Below, piece after piece: positions 62,826 to 64,000 of a DNA stretch of 64,000 nucleotides; the stretch's first letter is position 1, and each line of letters begins with the position of its first letter. The stretch is taken from IMG/VR virus record IMGVR_UViG_3300020411_000003. One strand, written 5' to 3'. The notes below the pieces were generated by a model, which was not told where the DNA came from, did not search any database, and worked only from the letters and a program-made list of their open reading frames with translations. This DNA is from a virus. A program made the translations under genes and the position numbers.

Positions 62826-62902
62826 ATTATAGAGGGTGGCAGTTGACAAAATCACGAGTGTTAAGAGATTGTTGTAAAAAAGTCCAGTTTATCAACTGTC
62901 CA
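62826..62902 (-). promoter_or_regulatory. Early promoter with an upstream CAGTT-N4-AACTG box
   Basis: TATAAT at 62826-62831; agtccagtt-tatc-aactgtcca at 62881-62902. Confidence 0.55.
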
Positions 62903-62911
62903 CCAATTGTC

Positions 62912-63082
62912 CTATGTCATATGGTCGTCATGATAGAATGCATATTCATCTTTTTTAAACTTGGATACTTTCTTTTTCTTATTCCTCCTTACATTTTTGA
63001 TATCAAATCCATAATCATCGAAGTCATTAACATATACATCCTTAATATTGGACGATTTGTTATACTTACTGTGTTTTGCCAT
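62912..63082 (-). CDS. Small basic hypothetical protein (56 aa)
   Basis: Below the ORF-track cutoff. Hand translation: MAKHSKYNKSSNIKDVYVNDFDDYGFDIKNVRRNKKKKVSKFKKDEYAFYHDDHMT. Confidence 0.6.
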   Translation of the reverse strand: MAKHSKYNKSSNIKDVYVNDFDDYGFDIKNVRRNKKKKVSKFKKDEYAFYHDDHMT

Positions 63083-63103
63083 TGTGACAGCGAGCGTGGT
63101 GGT

Positions 63104-63352
63104 TTATTTATTCTCTACCAGGACACCTGATTTGATGGACTGATTAATAAATCGTCCCACAGATCCCCCTTCTAATTGTAATTCATGAGATGTAAGGGTT
63201 TCACATAGTTTATCAACAAATTGTTGTACATTTTGACAATTAAAGACATATTCTTTGTCTATATTGCTATTATAGACGATTTTCACAGTGTTGTCAAGTG
63301 TTTCGACTGATTTAATCGCACTTGATGTGAATTTATCGTAAATCATTGACAT
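63104..63352 (-). CDS. KTSC-like small domain protein
   Basis: SSAIKSV.....VKIVY.S..DKEY.F...SVGRFIN..IK resembles the KTSC pattern. Confidence 0.55.
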   Translation of the reverse strand: MSMIYDKFTSSAIKSVETLDNTVKIVYNSNIDKEYVFNCQNVQQFVDKLCETLTSHELQLEGGSVGRFINQSIKSGVLVENK

Positions 63353-63468
63353 TTTAGGGCGTTTGCATTAAGTTTAACTCGAAAAAACTCGAAAAAACGC
63401 AAAAATACACTTTTTAACCTTTTTAAAGTTCTTAAAAAGTCAAAAAAGTCAAATTTCGTGCTTTTTCG

Positions 63469-63706
63469 TTTTCCACAGGTTGTGAAAAACTCAAAAAGTG
63501 CTGTTTTTGCTGTTTTCCTCGCTTCTCCCCATATTATAGAGGATCTTCGAGTGTTTTCGAGTCTTTTTGTGACACTTTGGGAACTGGCACAAGGGGACTT
63601 GACAAACGGTAGGGCGCAGCCTAAGACGACATCTCTAGAGCACCTTACATATATTTTTTAAATGATTTAAAAAGTTTTCCACAACACCTCTAAAAACTGT
63701 GGAAAA
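63469..63706. other. Cluster of four DnaA-box matches (TTWTNCACA) arranged as two inverted pairs
   Basis: TTTTCCACA at 63469-63477 (+), TTTTTCACA at 63481-63489 (-), TTTTCCACA at 63675-63683 (+) and TTTTCCACA at 63698-63706 (-), all in non-coding AT-rich DNA. Confidence 0.6.
63533..63590 (-). promoter_or_regulatory. Early promoter module: 22-bp box + TATAAT
   Basis: Box GTGCCAGTT-CCCA-AAGTGTCAC (63569-63590); TATAAT at 63533-63538, 30 nt away. Confidence 0.7.
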
Positions 63707-63734
63707 CTCAGTTGTACCAGTGTGCGGAGTGTCA

Positions 63735-63920
63735 TCAATCCAACCCCAATCCAGGTAGATTGTCTCTAGACTGTTCATAGACTGCATACTGTCTTTTTAC
63801 GATAGATTTCATGTCATTTAGATATGATTGCATGATACATTCATCACTGTTTGATTTAATTAAATCTTGTATGTGTAGTATGTGTTCTGCTATGAATAAC
63901 AGTTTAGTTTGGTTGTTCAT
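63735..63920 (-). CDS. Small hypothetical protein (61 aa)
   Basis: MNNQTKLLFIAEHILHIQDLI...; ATG at 63920 (alternative GTG at 63926). Confidence 0.6.
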   Translation of the reverse strand: MNNQTKLLFIAEHILHIQDLIKSNSDECIMQSYLNDMKSIVKRQYAVYEQSRDNLPGLGLD

Positions 63921-64000
63921 TCTCACAATAGTCTATGTCAATTTCACATAAGATGTCATTTCTATCTTGTACGATAGGTTTAAAGTATTCAATCATTGTT

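Noticed and set aside
59800-63600. Recurring intergenic modules as a CRISPR array or MITE-like elements
   Set aside because: The repeats are degenerate, separated by whole genes and fixed relative to -10 boxes. There are no uniform spacers, target-site duplications or cas/transposase genes.
63599-63627. Plus-strand TTGACA-N17-TAAGAC as an antisense promoter
   Set aside because: The -10 match is only 3/6 and there is no credible downstream gene; it cannot be supported without TSS data.
61163-63661. Plus-strand ORFs 61163-61759, 62843-63130 and 63458-63661
   Set aside because: They overlap better-supported minus-strand genes, promoters or the A-tract block, and show no protein-like motifs.
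1-64000. tRNA, rRNA, intron, homing endonuclease or photosynthesis AMGs
   Set aside because: I saw no cloverleaf/TTCGA arm context, rRNA signature, LAGLIDADG/HNH/GIY-YIG motif or psbA/hli-like ORF. A tRNAscan-SE/Infernal run would be needed to exclude them formally.

Overview
This is a 64-kb segment of a T4-like marine myovirus, most likely a cyanophage; no host can be assigned from the sequence alone. Almost all genes are on the minus strand. Read in transcription direction (right to left), it opens with an AT-rich non-coding block holding four DnaA-box matches and 10-bp-phased A-tracts. Next is an early-type cluster of small ORFs whose TATAAT promoters share a 22-bp palindromic upstream box. 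Then come the baseplate genes (PAAR/gp5.4, a SET-domain gene, gp25, gp6, gp7, gp8), followed by very large virion and tail-fibre genes under T4 late TATAAATA promoters. After three Cys/Gly-rich paralogues lies a late-expressed modification cassette: a GT9 heptosyltransferase-like enzyme, two carbamoyltransferases, two 2OG-Fe(II) oxygenases, split HldE, a HAD phosphatase, a cupin and HldD. Two more structural genes close the window. The most unusual signal is in the 3' half of the 1817-aa structural gene (23900-29353): 2.2 kb (24630-26829) contains no TAA, TAG or TGA in any coding-strand frame, and context-dependent synonymous codon choice appears to maintain this. I found no tRNA, rRNA, CRISPR array, reverse transcriptase or transposase. 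All family assignments come from motif recognition by eye, with no database searches.
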